A stretch of DNA of 64,000 nucleotides from an uncultured Atopobium sp. (GTDB taxonomy: Bacteria > Actinomycetota > Coriobacteriia > Coriobacteriales > Atopobiaceae), in the NCBI GenBank assembly GCA_946997485.1, contig CAMPVF010000002.1, forward strand, positions 95,987-159,986, written 5' to 3'. A program made the position numbers and the translations under genes. The notes under the pieces are model-generated. The model was not told the origin of the DNA, did no database searches, and worked only from the letters and a program-made list of their open reading frames with translations. Below, piece after piece: positions 29,696 through 38,413 of the stretch; positions within the stretch are counted from its first letter, which is position 1; each line of letters begins with the position of its first letter.

Positions 29696-29699
29696 CATT

Positions 29700-31109
29700 A
29701 TGGCACAAATACCTCAATTTCACTCTTCATCGCACATGCACAGAAAACCGTTGCATATACAACGCGCAATGTCCAAGAAAAAGGGCGCTCGGCTGCAGCC
29801 TTCGAATACCTTAGGCGTGGGCGCTCCTAATCCCGTGCGCGCGCAAACGCAAACGCGCAGCCATTCCCACAAGCGCAGCGAAAAAGCGCGTGCTCAGCTT
29901 TCGCGCGGCTCGCGCATGCCTTCGTTTTTTGGTCTTTCTACCAGTCTTGCTGTGGCATATGCCAAGGTAGGGGGCATGAGTAGGAGCTTTTCGCGCGGAA
30001 AAGCACCTGTCTACCTGCCCAACCTTATTTGCGTGCTCGGCCTGCTTATTTTTGGTACGTTTGTTATGTACACCGCGTCGCTGGCAATTCCTAAGGTATC
30101 GTTTGTACGCCATTTGTTTGGTATTGCACTTGGCGTTATCGCTGCTATTGCCATGTGGCGTTACGATTATCGCAACTTGCGCCGGCTTACCTACGCCCTG
30201 CTTATTCTTAATGTAGTGCTCATTATTATGCCGATGATACCAGGCATTGGCTATCATGCAAAAGGTCTTACTGGATGGGTAAAGCTGCCGCTTATCGGTC
30301 TTCGCTTTCAGCCTTCCGAGCCTTCAAAAATTGTCACCATTTTGCTTATGGCTGCTATGGGCTCTGCGTACAACGGAAAAATTACCGAACTTAAAGAGTA
30401 TTACAAGCTTTGCGGCATTCTCTCCATTCCGTTTTTGCTTATTTTGCTTCAGCCCGACTTAGGTACTGGCCTTATCGTGCTTATTAGCGGCGCTACTATC
30501 ATTATTTGCTCGGGCGCAAAACGCCTGTGGATATTTGTTACTGTGTGTGCGCTTGTGGGCTTAAGTGCGCTGGTTATCGTTACATCTTCCATTGAAGGTT
30601 TGCCGCATATCCTTAAGCCCTACCAGCTGCACCGCCTTATCGTGTTTATCGATTCGTCTGTTGACCCTTCGGGCTTTGGTTACAACTTGCAACAGGCAAA
30701 AATTGCCGTTGGCTCGGGCGGTATGTTTGGCAAGGGGATAGGTAATGCAACGCAATCGGTAAGTGGCTTTTTACCCGAAGCACACACCGACTTTGTGTTT
30801 GCCCTGCTTGCAGAAGAGTTTGGCTTTATGGGCTCTGCTGTGTTGCTCGGGCTTTTTGGCACACTTATTTTTTCGACATATCTGTTGGCGCAGCGTCTCG
30901 AAAATGCTTTTGGTAAACTGGTATTAGTTGGCTGTGCTACGATGTGGATGTTCCAGCTGTTACAAAATGTTGGTATGTGTATTGGCATTATGCCGATTAC
31001 CGGCATACCGCTTCCGTTTATTTCGTTTGGCTCATCGTCGATGGTAGCACAGCTGCTTGCTGTTGGCCTTGTGCAGTCGGTGTGGCGACACATACCAAAA
31101 GCCGCTTAA
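29700..31109 (+). CDS. rodA: SEDS-family peptidoglycan glycosyltransferase RodA
   Basis: FtsW/RodA family sequence (PSEPSKI, GIPLPFISFGSSS) with ~100 aa of basic N-terminal extension. The ATG at 29700 follows the mrdA stop, and the ORF track start at 29532 overlaps mrdA. Confidence 0.85.
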   Translation: MAQIPQFHSSSHMHRKPLHIQRAMSKKKGARLQPSNTLGVGAPNPVRAQTQTRSHSHKRSEKARAQLSRGSRMPSFFGLSTSLAVAYAKVGGMSRSFSRGKAPVYLPNLICVLGLLIFGTFVMYTASLAIPKVSFVRHLFGIALGVIAAIAMWRYDYRNLRRLTYALLILNVVLIIMPMIPGIGYHAKGLTGWVKLPLIGLRFQPSEPSKIVTILLMAAMGSAYNGKITELKEYYKLCGILSIPFLLILLQPDLGTGLIVLISGATIIICSGAKRLWIFVTVCALVGLSALVIVTSSIEGLPHILKPYQLHRLIVFIDSSVDPSGFGYNLQQAKIAVGSGGMFGKGIGNATQSVSGFLPEAHTDFVFALLAEEFGFMGSAVLLGLFGTLIFSTYLLAQRLENAFGKLVLVGCATMWMFQLLQNVGMCIGIMPITGIPLPFISFGSSSMVAQLLAVGLVQSVWRHIPKAA

Positions 31110-31183
31110 GCGCCGCGCCCGGCAGCCCAGCGCTCGGTCTTCACCTGTGCATCAACAAACGCCGTGCTCAAAAGGATTGTATT

Positions 31184-32344
31184 ATGATACAACACGCAAT
31201 ACACACTGCTTCTTATGGTTCCTCAGCGCCGCAGGTGCTGGTATTTTGTGTGTCATCAGGCGTATCTGCCACCCTTGTTTCGCAGCTTCGCTCAGCGTTT
31301 GTGCCGCGTACGCGCGATGTTACGGTAGAAGTAACGACGCCTGCATCTCTTGTGCACTATCGCGCAAATTACGTTGTTCATCTTGCCTGCGCGTCTGCGT
31401 CTGCCACGCCTCATGCGGACGACGCTTCTTTTCGTGCGGCTTCTCAGCTGCGTGCAAACGATGATGCCGAGCGTGTTGTATCGTATGTTGAGCGTACTGG
31501 CTGCAACCTTGTTGTACTTGCGTCTTCTGCTCGTGAACTTCCGCTTGCTTATCTTGCTCGCCAGGCAGGAAATGTTGGCACAACAATGTCGTGGCAGGTG
31601 TTTACGTCACCCGAACCTCGCACGTTGTGTCTGCAGCTTATTGACATGCTTTTGCATACTCCATCTGCAGCGTTGTATTGTGCCGCGTTTGCCTGCTGCC
31701 ACATGCGCGCCGCCCACACACTTATTTCAACAAGCGCTACCAGCGTGCGTGCTCTGAGCGAAAAAAAGCACCTTGTAGTGCCTTTCTTGCCACGGATATT
31801 TCGTATTGGCGATATGCCTTTTATGGTGTTCGAGCAGCTGTCCATGGTGCAGCGTTTGCAAAATAAGGGGCTTGCACCTCGCAGCTCATCTTTACGCACG
31901 TCATTTCATCCGGCACTTTTATGCGCACTTGCTTGCTGCGCCTTTGGTGCGCGTGCGTGTGCGCGCGGTATAACGCGCCGCGTGCCGTTTGGTGGTTTTC
32001 TTGTTCGTCCTGCTATTGCATCGTTGTGTACGTATGTGTTTGGGTATGCGTACCTGCTAAGCACCTATATGGCGTCAGCTGAGCCGCAGCGTTTGGCAAA
32101 CGCGTCTGCCCACCCAAACGAAGGTGCACCAGCAGCGGCTATAGCACCAACAGCACCTACAGCTACCACGCAAAACGCGGCTCTTTCTCAAGCGCCTGTC
32201 CCTGCGCCTACACAAACGTGCAAATCTTATGTATATCACCCAGAAACGGATGCAAAATTGAGCAATATGCAAGATAATAAGGAGCTGTCTTTTAATGCTC
32301 AACAGCTACATACGCGTGAGTACATAGATATCACAAGTTCTTAG
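31184..32344 (+). CDS. hypothetical Ala/Cys/Ser-rich protein of unknown function
   Basis: A long ORF with no competing ORFs on other frames and AAAAGGA before the ATG at 31184. The N-terminal segment QVLVFCVSSGVSATLV faintly resembles Cys-loop phosphotransfer folds, and there is no confident family. Confidence 0.4.
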   Translation: MIQHAIHTASYGSSAPQVLVFCVSSGVSATLVSQLRSAFVPRTRDVTVEVTTPASLVHYRANYVVHLACASASATPHADDASFRAASQLRANDDAERVVSYVERTGCNLVVLASSARELPLAYLARQAGNVGTTMSWQVFTSPEPRTLCLQLIDMLLHTPSAALYCAAFACCHMRAAHTLISTSATSVRALSEKKHLVVPFLPRIFRIGDMPFMVFEQLSMVQRLQNKGLAPRSSSLRTSFHPALLCALACCAFGARACARGITRRVPFGGFLVRPAIASLCTYVFGYAYLLSTYMASAEPQRLANASAHPNEGAPAAAIAPTAPTATTQNAALSQAPVPAPTQTCKSYVYHPETDAKLSNMQDNKELSFNAQQLHTREYIDITSS

Positions 32345-32537
32345 CCGGCTTTGTGGTGCATCTATACTGTCTTATTTGGGGAGGCACATCTCACACCCCT
32401 AGCTGTAAAAGACACCAACACACTCATATGTACGTTACAACACGCTACATACGCCTTGTGGTCACATATTGACCTTACCTTTGTGGATGGCTATGATGTA
32501 GAGCTGTTGTACACAATTAATGATGAAGGGTAGACAC

Positions 32538-32891
32538 ATGTACGCAATCGTTACCACTGGTGGCAAGCAGTATAAGGTTGCCAAGGGCGATATCTTTAGT
32601 GTTGAGAAGCTCGACGCGCAGCCTGGCGACAAGGTTAAACTTGACGTTCTTTTGCTTAACGACGGCAAAAAAACTATCGTTGATGCTGCTACCTTAGCAA
32701 AAAAGAAAGTCACGTGCGAAGTTCTCGATCAATACAAAGATAAAAAAGTTATCGTCTTTAAACTTAAAAAGCGTAAGCGCTATCACCGCACTCGTGGTCA
32801 CCGTCAAAACCTCACCAAGCTTATGGTTTCGAGCATGCCCACCACTCGTGCAGCAGCAAAAAAAGCTGACACAGCACAAGACGAAGCATAA
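32538..32891 (+). CDS. rplU: 50S ribosomal protein L21
   Basis: MYAIVTTGGKQYKV... Confidence 0.9.
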   Translation: MYAIVTTGGKQYKVAKGDIFSVEKLDAQPGDKVKLDVLLLNDGKKTIVDAATLAKKKVTCEVLDQYKDKKVIVFKLKKRKRYHRTRGHRQNLTKLMVSSMPTTRAAAKKADTAQDEA

Positions 32892-32938
32892 CGGTTACTG
32901 CTCATTTGTTAGATAACGATTACGAAGGTAGGTAAAAC

Positions 32939-33187
32939 ATGGCTCACAAGAAAGGTTTGGGATCATCCCGCAACGGACGCGATTCCAACGCACAGCGTCT
33001 TGGCACCAAGGTATACGGTGGTCAATCTATTAAGGCTGGTCAAATCATCGTTCGTCAACGTGGTACGCACATTACTCCTGGCGAAAACGTTGGCCGTGGT
33101 AAAGACGACACGCTGTTTGCACTTAAAGATGGTGTTGTAGAATTTGTTCGTGGTGCTAAGCACTATGTACACGTTCGCACCGCATAA
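32939..33187 (+). CDS. rpmA: 50S ribosomal protein L27
   Basis: [22 protein letters not shown]... Confidence 0.9.
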   Translation: MAHKKGLGSSRNGRDSNAQRLGTKVYGGQSIKAGQIIVRQRGTHITPGENVGRGKDDTLFALKDGVVEFVRGAKHYVHVRTA

Positions 33188-33210
33188 CAGCCGCGTTATA
33201 GCACCTAAAC

Positions 33211-33240
33211 AACCGCTTGCCATCCGGTGAGCGGTTTTTT
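33211..33240 (+). terminator. intrinsic terminator after rpmA
   Basis: AACCGCT-tgccatccggtg-AGCGGTT followed by TTTTTT. Confidence 0.55.
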
Positions 33241-33360
33241 AATGATAGTAGAAGGGAATACAGAAGGGCATTTAGTGTAGTTATGACATCTCATGTATCG
33301 CACCATCATCACATGCATATTCGCTGGCATAATTTGCTGGACAGTAATCCTTCGTGCCCC

Positions 33361-34617
33361 ATGAAGCATCTGCGCTTTCACGAGCGTGCGTCGATTGTGG
33401 GACATGTTGGCATGATGCTGTTGTCCTACGGCACAGGAGCCTGGCGTGTGCGCCAGAGCATGAACGCTATCGCGCGCGTACTCAATCTTACGTGCAGCGC
33501 TGATATTGGTCTTGTGTCGCTCGATTACACGTGTATCGACGACGAAGGACACAGCTACACACAGGCACTCAGCCTTGCCACAACAGGTGTTAACACCTCA
33601 AAGCTGCATCAAATGGAATTGTTTGTTGACCGCTTTGTTGCTCATGCTGATACCTACACGTTGGGCGAGTTTATCGAGCAGCTCGATGACGTTGAACATT
33701 TGCCGCTTAATTATAGTGCCCTTCAAGCGGCACTTGCGTCGGGGCTTGCGTGTGCAGGCTTTATCTTTTTGCTTGGCGCGGGTATTTACGAGATGATTTG
33801 CTGCTTTTTTGGCGCAGCTGTGGGGAATTATGTGCGCCGCACGCTTATCGATCACAAAATTACCCTTATTGGCCAGGTAGCAGGCGGTGTTGCTCCGGCG
33901 TGCGTGGTATATGTTCTGGTGCATACACTGCTTATGATGGTTCTTCATCCAGCGGGTCCCCACCTTGAAGGCTACATTGGCGCGCTGCTTTTTGTTATTC
34001 CAGGATTTCCTTTTATTACTGCTGGGCTCGACTTAGCAAAGCTCGATATGCGTTCTGGTATTGAGCGGTTAGTATATGCGCTTATCATTATCGTTGTTGC
34101 AACGGTAGTAGGGTGGACGTGCGCCCTTGCTCTTAATTTGCAGCCGCACGATCTTATTCCGCTTGCAGGTTTAACGCCTCTCACACTTACCATTCTGCGA
34201 CTTATTACCAGCTGGTGTGGTGTATTTGGCTTTTCGATTATGTTTAATACCGAATGCAAAATGGCTATGCTCACGGCCGCTATTGGCGCCGTTGCCAATA
34301 CTATCCGACTTAGTCTGGTATCGTGGACACTTGTGCCCGCCTGTATTGCCGCATTTATCGGCGCGCTCATTGCCGGTATGATGGCATCTTTGGTGCGCAA
34401 ACGCATTGGTTTTCCGCGCATTGCCCTTACTGTGCCGTCGATTGTTATTATGGTTCCCGGCCTGTATATGTATCGCGCGATGTATAGCTTTGGCTCCCTT
34501 AACATTCCCACCGGGTCACACTGGTTTTTGGAATCGCTGCTTATCGTGTTAGCGCTGCCACTTGGTCTTATCGTGGCACGTATTATTAGCGATCCAGAGT
34601 GGCGTAAATTTAGCTAG
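33361..34617 (+). CDS. putative threonine/serine exporter family protein (ThrE-like, two-domain)
   Basis: ~10 TM segments in two halves, with an N-terminal cytoplasmic segment and the G..WRV motif resembling ThrE/YjjP-YjjB fusions. The ATG at 33361 follows the rpmA terminator, and the ORF track opens at 33217. Confidence 0.5.
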   Translation: MKHLRFHERASIVGHVGMMLLSYGTGAWRVRQSMNAIARVLNLTCSADIGLVSLDYTCIDDEGHSYTQALSLATTGVNTSKLHQMELFVDRFVAHADTYTLGEFIEQLDDVEHLPLNYSALQAALASGLACAGFIFLLGAGIYEMICCFFGAAVGNYVRRTLIDHKITLIGQVAGGVAPACVVYVLVHTLLMMVLHPAGPHLEGYIGALLFVIPGFPFITAGLDLAKLDMRSGIERLVYALIIIVVATVVGWTCALALNLQPHDLIPLAGLTPLTLTILRLITSWCGVFGFSIMFNTECKMAMLTAAIGAVANTIRLSLVSWTLVPACIAAFIGALIAGMMASLVRKRIGFPRIALTVPSIVIMVPGLYMYRAMYSFGSLNIPTGSHWFLESLLIVLALPLGLIVARIISDPEWRKFS

Positions 34618-34644
34618 CGAGAATTTGCACGTTTTTGTTTCAAC

Positions 34645-34673
34645 TTGATAAACAAACCACAACTCCGTAGCAT
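34645..34673 (+). promoter_or_regulatory. candidate sigma-A promoter for leader/ECF transporter transcript
   Basis: TTGATA (34645-34650), a 17 nt spacer, then TAGCAT (34668-34673). Confidence 0.35.
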
Positions 34674-34736
34674 TGCGCGCGGCTATGTGATTTACTACAG
34701 CGTAGAGAACACAACTCAACGTTCAAGGAGGTCACC

Positions 34737-34811
34737 ATGATTGCTCAAAATGCTCGCGTCGTTTCATATTCATCACAGTTTTGCGCATGGTGGTGGCGTA
34801 CAATTTCATAG
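34737..34811 (+). CDS. Trp-rich leader peptide MIAQNARVVSYSSQFCAWWWRTIS (attenuation leader)
   Basis: An AAGGAGG RBS sits 6 nt before the ATG of a 24-codon ORF ending in TAG. It contains three consecutive TGG codons (34788-34796) and lies just upstream of a terminator. Confidence 0.6.
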   Translation: MIAQNARVVSYSSQFCAWWWRTIS

Positions 34812-34841
34812 GACTCTGATACACACATCCATGATTTGTGC

Positions 34842-34874
34842 GGACTTTCAGAGTAACTTTGAAAGTCCTTTTTT
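34842..34874 (+). terminator. intrinsic terminator of Trp attenuator
   Basis: GGACTTTCA-gagtaac-TTTGAAAGTCC followed by TTTTTT. The upstream GGACTCTGA (34811-34819) can pair with TCAGAGT in the terminator's 5' arm and loop, giving an alternative antiterminator. Confidence 0.6.
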
Positions 34875-35016
34875 ATGATTTTTTGCGTCCTATTGTTTTT
34901 TGCACGTACGTTCCGTATCTGTTGTCCTTTGTTTTGCATATTGTATTTCTTCGCACACGCGACCACACCGGTGTAAATCAAGGCACACAACACAACTTGA
35001 GTTTTAAGGAGTTACC

Positions 35017-35628
35017 ATGTCTTCTCAATCATTTGAAACCACAGCCGCTACTACAAATGTCGCTCCCACACCAGCACCTGGCACTGCAGCCGTAAAAAAA
35101 TCGAGCATCGACATCGCGTCGCTTACCATTGTTGCGGTGTTGCTTGCAGCTGGGTTTATTCTCGACCTTACTGTTGGAAAAGCGCTTGCTATTACCGGTA
35201 TTCAACCCGAGTTTATTATTTCGTCGTACTGTCTTGCACTGCTTTTGTTGCGTCTTAAATTTCACCAAGCAGCGATTGTTGGATTGCTTGCCGCTGCGCT
35301 CATCCAGCTTAACACGTCAATTCCTGGTCTTGAGTTTGTGTGCGATATCCCTGCTGCTGCAATTTGCGCGCTTGCTATTAGTGCGCTTGGTAAACACAGC
35401 TTAAGGCCGATTGTTCCTGCAGCGCTCACCTTTGTAACTACGCTTATTTCCGGTTTTATTTTTGCAACGTGTGCGGTTCTGTTTTTCCTTAAGCTAGAGC
35501 CCGTTGCGCTGTTAGGTATGGCGCCGCTGGTAGTAAGCACCGCTGTTGCAAATGCACTTGTTGTTGAAGTGCTTATTCGTCCACTTAATGCGGTTGTATC
35601 AAAAACAGCCACCGTTCGTGCAAGGTAA
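35017..35628 (+). CDS. ECF transporter substrate-specific (S) component, predicted tryptophan-specific (TrpP-like) by regulatory context
   Basis: 203 aa with 6 predicted TM helices and a TAAGGAG RBS. It lies immediately upstream of the ecfA-ecfT pair and downstream of the Trp leader/attenuator. Confidence 0.65.
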   Translation: MSSQSFETTAATTNVAPTPAPGTAAVKKSSIDIASLTIVAVLLAAGFILDLTVGKALAITGIQPEFIISSYCLALLLLRLKFHQAAIVGLLAAALIQLNTSIPGLEFVCDIPAAAICALAISALGKHSLRPIVPAALTFVTTLISGFIFATCAVLFFLKLEPVALLGMAPLVVSTAVANALVVEVLIRPLNAVVSKTATVRAR

Positions 35629-35631
35629 TGT

Positions 35632-37620
35632 ATGGAAGCTATGTCTGCGCGCTCGCATGATGCGTCCCTCGATGCATCATGCCCTGCGTTTTTGTTAGAT
35701 GATGTGTCGTTTCGCTATGCGCTTGGCGCATCTGATGAAACTGAAAGCGCTGATAGTAATGAGAGTAGCGGCGTTGATGGTTCGCCTGCTGATGCAGCTG
35801 CTTATGCAGCCGCTGCGAGGCAGGCACCGTGTGCACTCTCGCACATTAATCTTTCGATTGAGCGCGGTGATTTTTTAGGCATCATTGGGCCTTCAGGTGC
35901 TGGTAAAACTACGCTTGCCTGTCTTTTTTCGGGTGCTATACCGCACCATTATGGTGGCGAGCTCTCAGGCACCGTTCAGCTGTTTTCGCACGATACAAAG
36001 GCGCTTAGCCTTACCGACATTGCGCGCTTTGTTGGTCTTGTTATGCAGGATATCGATGCGCAAATGGTTGCTAGTGTTGTTGAAGATGAGCTATTGTTTG
36101 GTCTTGAAAACTTTGGTGTGCCAGCAGGGGATATTCCTTCGCGTATTGAGGAAGCGCTGCATCGTATTGGTATTGAATCATTGCGCAATCGCACCATAGC
36201 CACGCTTTCGGGCGGGCAAAAACAAAAAGTGGCCCTTGCTGCTATTATTGCCCTTAAGCCTTCGGTATTGGTGCTCGATGAGCCCACCTGCGCGCTCGAT
36301 CCTGCATCTTCGCGTACCATCTATGAGCTTTTGAGTGAACTTAATCGGAGCTTTGGTATTACGATTATTGCCATTGAGCAAAAAGTGGCCCTTTTAAGTG
36401 AGTTTTGTTCGCATTTAGCTGTGTTGCACGAAGGCTCTCTTGCGGCATATGGCACAACGTCGGATGTACTTTCGCAGGTAGATACCCTTGATGCTATTGG
36501 TATTAGTTATCCTCGAACCACGCGGTTCGTGCGTTATGTAAAACAGGCGGGCTTTGAGCCGGATACGCCCCTATATGTGCGTGTTGATGATACGGTTCAT
36601 TTTGCCGAGCGCGTACTTAACTTGGATCATACGCCCGCATTCGAGCCGGGTTCAACTTCAAGTTCAGCTTCAAGTTCAACTTCAAGTTCAGCTTCAAGTT
36701 CAACTTCAAGTTCAGCTTCAAGTTCAACTTCAAGTTCAACTTCAAGTTCAAAAGCAGGTTCAATGTGCACAGAGCGCAAGCCTGCAGTTCAATTTTCTCA
36801 TGTATCGTTTTCGTATCCAACTAATACCTACTCGCTTAACGATGTTTCCTTTGAGGCATACCCGTCCGAAATTTTGTGTCTTGTCGGCCAAAACGGTGCA
36901 GGTAAAACAACTATAACTAAGCTTATTAATGGTCTTTTGAAGCCGCGTTCTGGCAGCGTGTACATCGATGGCACCAAAACAAACACCAAAAAAACAAGCA
37001 CGATTGCGCGCAGTGTTTCAACTCTTTTTCAAAATCCCGACAGAATGCTTTCGTGCGAAACCGTGCTCGATGAGGTTATGCTCTCGTGCACGCTTGTTGG
37101 ATATACGCCTCACGATGCCCGTGAGCGCAGCCTGCGCGTTATTCACCAGCTACATCTTAACCCTGAGGCCAATCCTTTTCTGTTATCGGCAGGACAGCGG
37201 CATATTGTTGCACTTGCGGCAACAATTGTTACCGAGCCCAAGGTTCTCATTTTAGATGAGCCTACCTGCGGTCTTGATTATGCTGAATGCTGCTACGTTA
37301 TGCGTGTTGTTCAAGATTTGCGTGCGCGCGGCTGCTGTGTTGTTATGGTGTGTCACGATATGGAAGTGGTGCTCGACAATGCAACACGTTTGGTTGTACT
37401 TGCCGCGGGTGAGCTTGTGGCGCAAGGAAGTATTTCAGACATTTTTTCTCAAGATGCACTGTGTCAGCGCGCGTGTTTGCGCCCGCCACTGCTGGTAGAT
37501 GTTGCGCTTCAGCTTAGTAATACCTGCAAGCTTGCGTGTTCCACTACATACGATGCTGCAGCGCTTGCGCAGGTTGTTATTAGTGCTGCGCAGCATAACG
37601 GAAAGGTGTGCCATGACTAG
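35632..37620 (+). CDS. ecfA: ECF transporter ATPase, fused duplicated EcfA1-EcfA2 with Ser-rich repeat linker
   Basis: Two complete ABC domains, each with Walker A (GPSGAGKTT / GQNGAGKTT), signature (LSGGQKQKV / LSAGQRHIV) and Walker B (LVLDEPT / LILDEPT). They are separated by a (SSAS/SSTS)n linker. Confidence 0.85.
   Translation: MEAMSARSHDASLDASCPAFLLDDVSFRYALGASDETESADSNESSGVDGSPADAAAYAAAARQAPCALSHINLSIERGDFLGIIGPSGAGKTTLACLFSGAIPHHYGGELSGTVQLFSHDTKALSLTDIARFVGLVMQDIDAQMVASVVEDELLFGLENFGVPAGDIPSRIEEALHRIGIESLRNRTIATLSGGQKQKVALAAIIALKPSVLVLDEPTCALDPASSRTIYELLSELNRSFGITIIAIEQKVALLSEFCSHLAVLHEGSLAAYGTTSDVLSQVDTLDAIGISYPRTTRFVRYVKQAGFEPDTPLYVRVDDTVHFAERVLNLDHTPAFEPGSTSSSASSSTSSSASSSTSSSASSSTSSSTSSSKAGSMCTERKPAVQFSHVSFSYPTNTYSLNDVSFEAYPSEILCLVGQNGAGKTTITKLINGLLKPRSGSVYIDGTKTNTKKTSTIARSVSTLFQNPDRMLSCETVLDEVMLSCTLVGYTPHDARERSLRVIHQLHLNPEANPFLLSAGQRHIVALAATIVTEPKVLILDEPTCGLDYAECCYVMRVVQDLRARGCCVVMVCHDMEVVLDNATRLVVLAAGELVAQGSISDIFSQDALCQRACLRPPLLVDVALQLSNTCKLACSTTYDAAALAQVVISAAQHNGKVCHD
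36649..36762 (+). repeat. in-frame tandem repeat, 24-nt unit (ttcaacttcaagttcagcttcaag) x ~4.5 encoding SSTSSSAS repeats
   Basis: Directly visible as alternating ttcaacttcaag/ttcagcttcaag units. It also creates spurious ORFs in both alternative frames (QLQV..., LNLK...). Confidence 0.8.
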
Positions 37621-38359
37621 TTTTTTTGAATATACAGCTGGCACTACGCTGCTTCATCGTGCACATCCTCTCGCAAAGCTGCTTCTTGCATTCTCGGTTA
37701 TTATTGCTGCGTTTTTAACCGATAAACTGTATGTGCTTGGTGCCTTATGCATTATTATTCTTGCAACAAGCGTCAGCTGCGGTCTTTTTTCGCAGCTTAA
37801 ATCGCTGCTATCTGCACTTATCGGCCTATCGTTGGTTATGCTTATTATCCAATGCGCGCTTAATAGGCATGGCGATGTGCTCGCGTTGTTTATTACCAAT
37901 TTGGGCCTTATAACAGGCGCACGTGCAGCGCTTCGTCTGTGGTGTTTTGCGCTGCCGCTCGTGTGTTGTTTTGCACTTACGCGCCTCGAAGATCTTGCCA
38001 ATTGTGTGGTTATGTACCTGCATGTTCCGTACACTTACGTGTTTACGCTCATGACGGCAATTCGGTTTGTTCCTATTTTTTCAAGCGAAATGAAACATAT
38101 CACCGATGTCCAAACGGCGCGTGGGGTAGAATTTGATACCACAAATCCTCTTAAAAAACTCAAGCTTATGATGCCGCTTATTGTGCCTTTGCTTGTTGTG
38201 TCGGTGCGAAAAGCCGACATGATTGCCCTTGCTGCCCAGCAGCGTGGCTTTTATTTGCGGCAGGCTCACTCGTGCTCAAAAACATATCCTGTACATCTGT
38301 GTGATGCACTTTTGGTTAGTGTTGGATGCTGTTTAATTATTACTGCAATCCTTATATAA
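37613..38359 (+). CDS. ecfT: ECF transporter transmembrane (T) component
   Basis: A CbiQ/EcfT-like polytopic membrane protein with the ARGVE motif (QTARGVEFD). The ATG at 37613 overlaps the ecfA stop, and the ORF track start at 37499 lies inside ecfA. Confidence 0.75.
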   Translation: MTSFFEYTAGTTLLHRAHPLAKLLLAFSVIIAAFLTDKLYVLGALCIIILATSVSCGLFSQLKSLLSALIGLSLVMLIIQCALNRHGDVLALFITNLGLITGARAALRLWCFALPLVCCFALTRLEDLANCVVMYLHVPYTYVFTLMTAIRFVPIFSSEMKHITDVQTARGVEFDTTNPLKKLKLMMPLIVPLLVVSVRKADMIALAAQQRGFYLRQAHSCSKTYPVHLCDALLVSVGCCLIITAILI

Positions 38360-38413
38360 TGAAATGTGCGTATGTATGCGCACCTACAAGCAGTAATACT
38401 TAAAGGAGACATT

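Noticed and set aside
29532-29699. N-terminal extension of rodA ORF overlapping mrdA, and 30944..31183 extension of the hypothetical ORF overlapping rodA
   Set aside because: In-frame upstream regions overlap the preceding genes. Internal ATG codons with RBS sit immediately after the upstream stop codons.
36649-36762. Possibility that the short direct repeats represent a CRISPR array
   Set aside because: Units are contiguous with no spacers, are in frame inside a protein-coding gene, and have a 12/24-nt period.
36554-36916. ORFs translating as QLQVQLQV... (+) and LNLKLNLK... (-)
   Set aside because: These are artefacts of the 24-nt tandem repeat inside ecfA. The real frame encodes the SSTS/SSAS linker continuous with two ABC domains.
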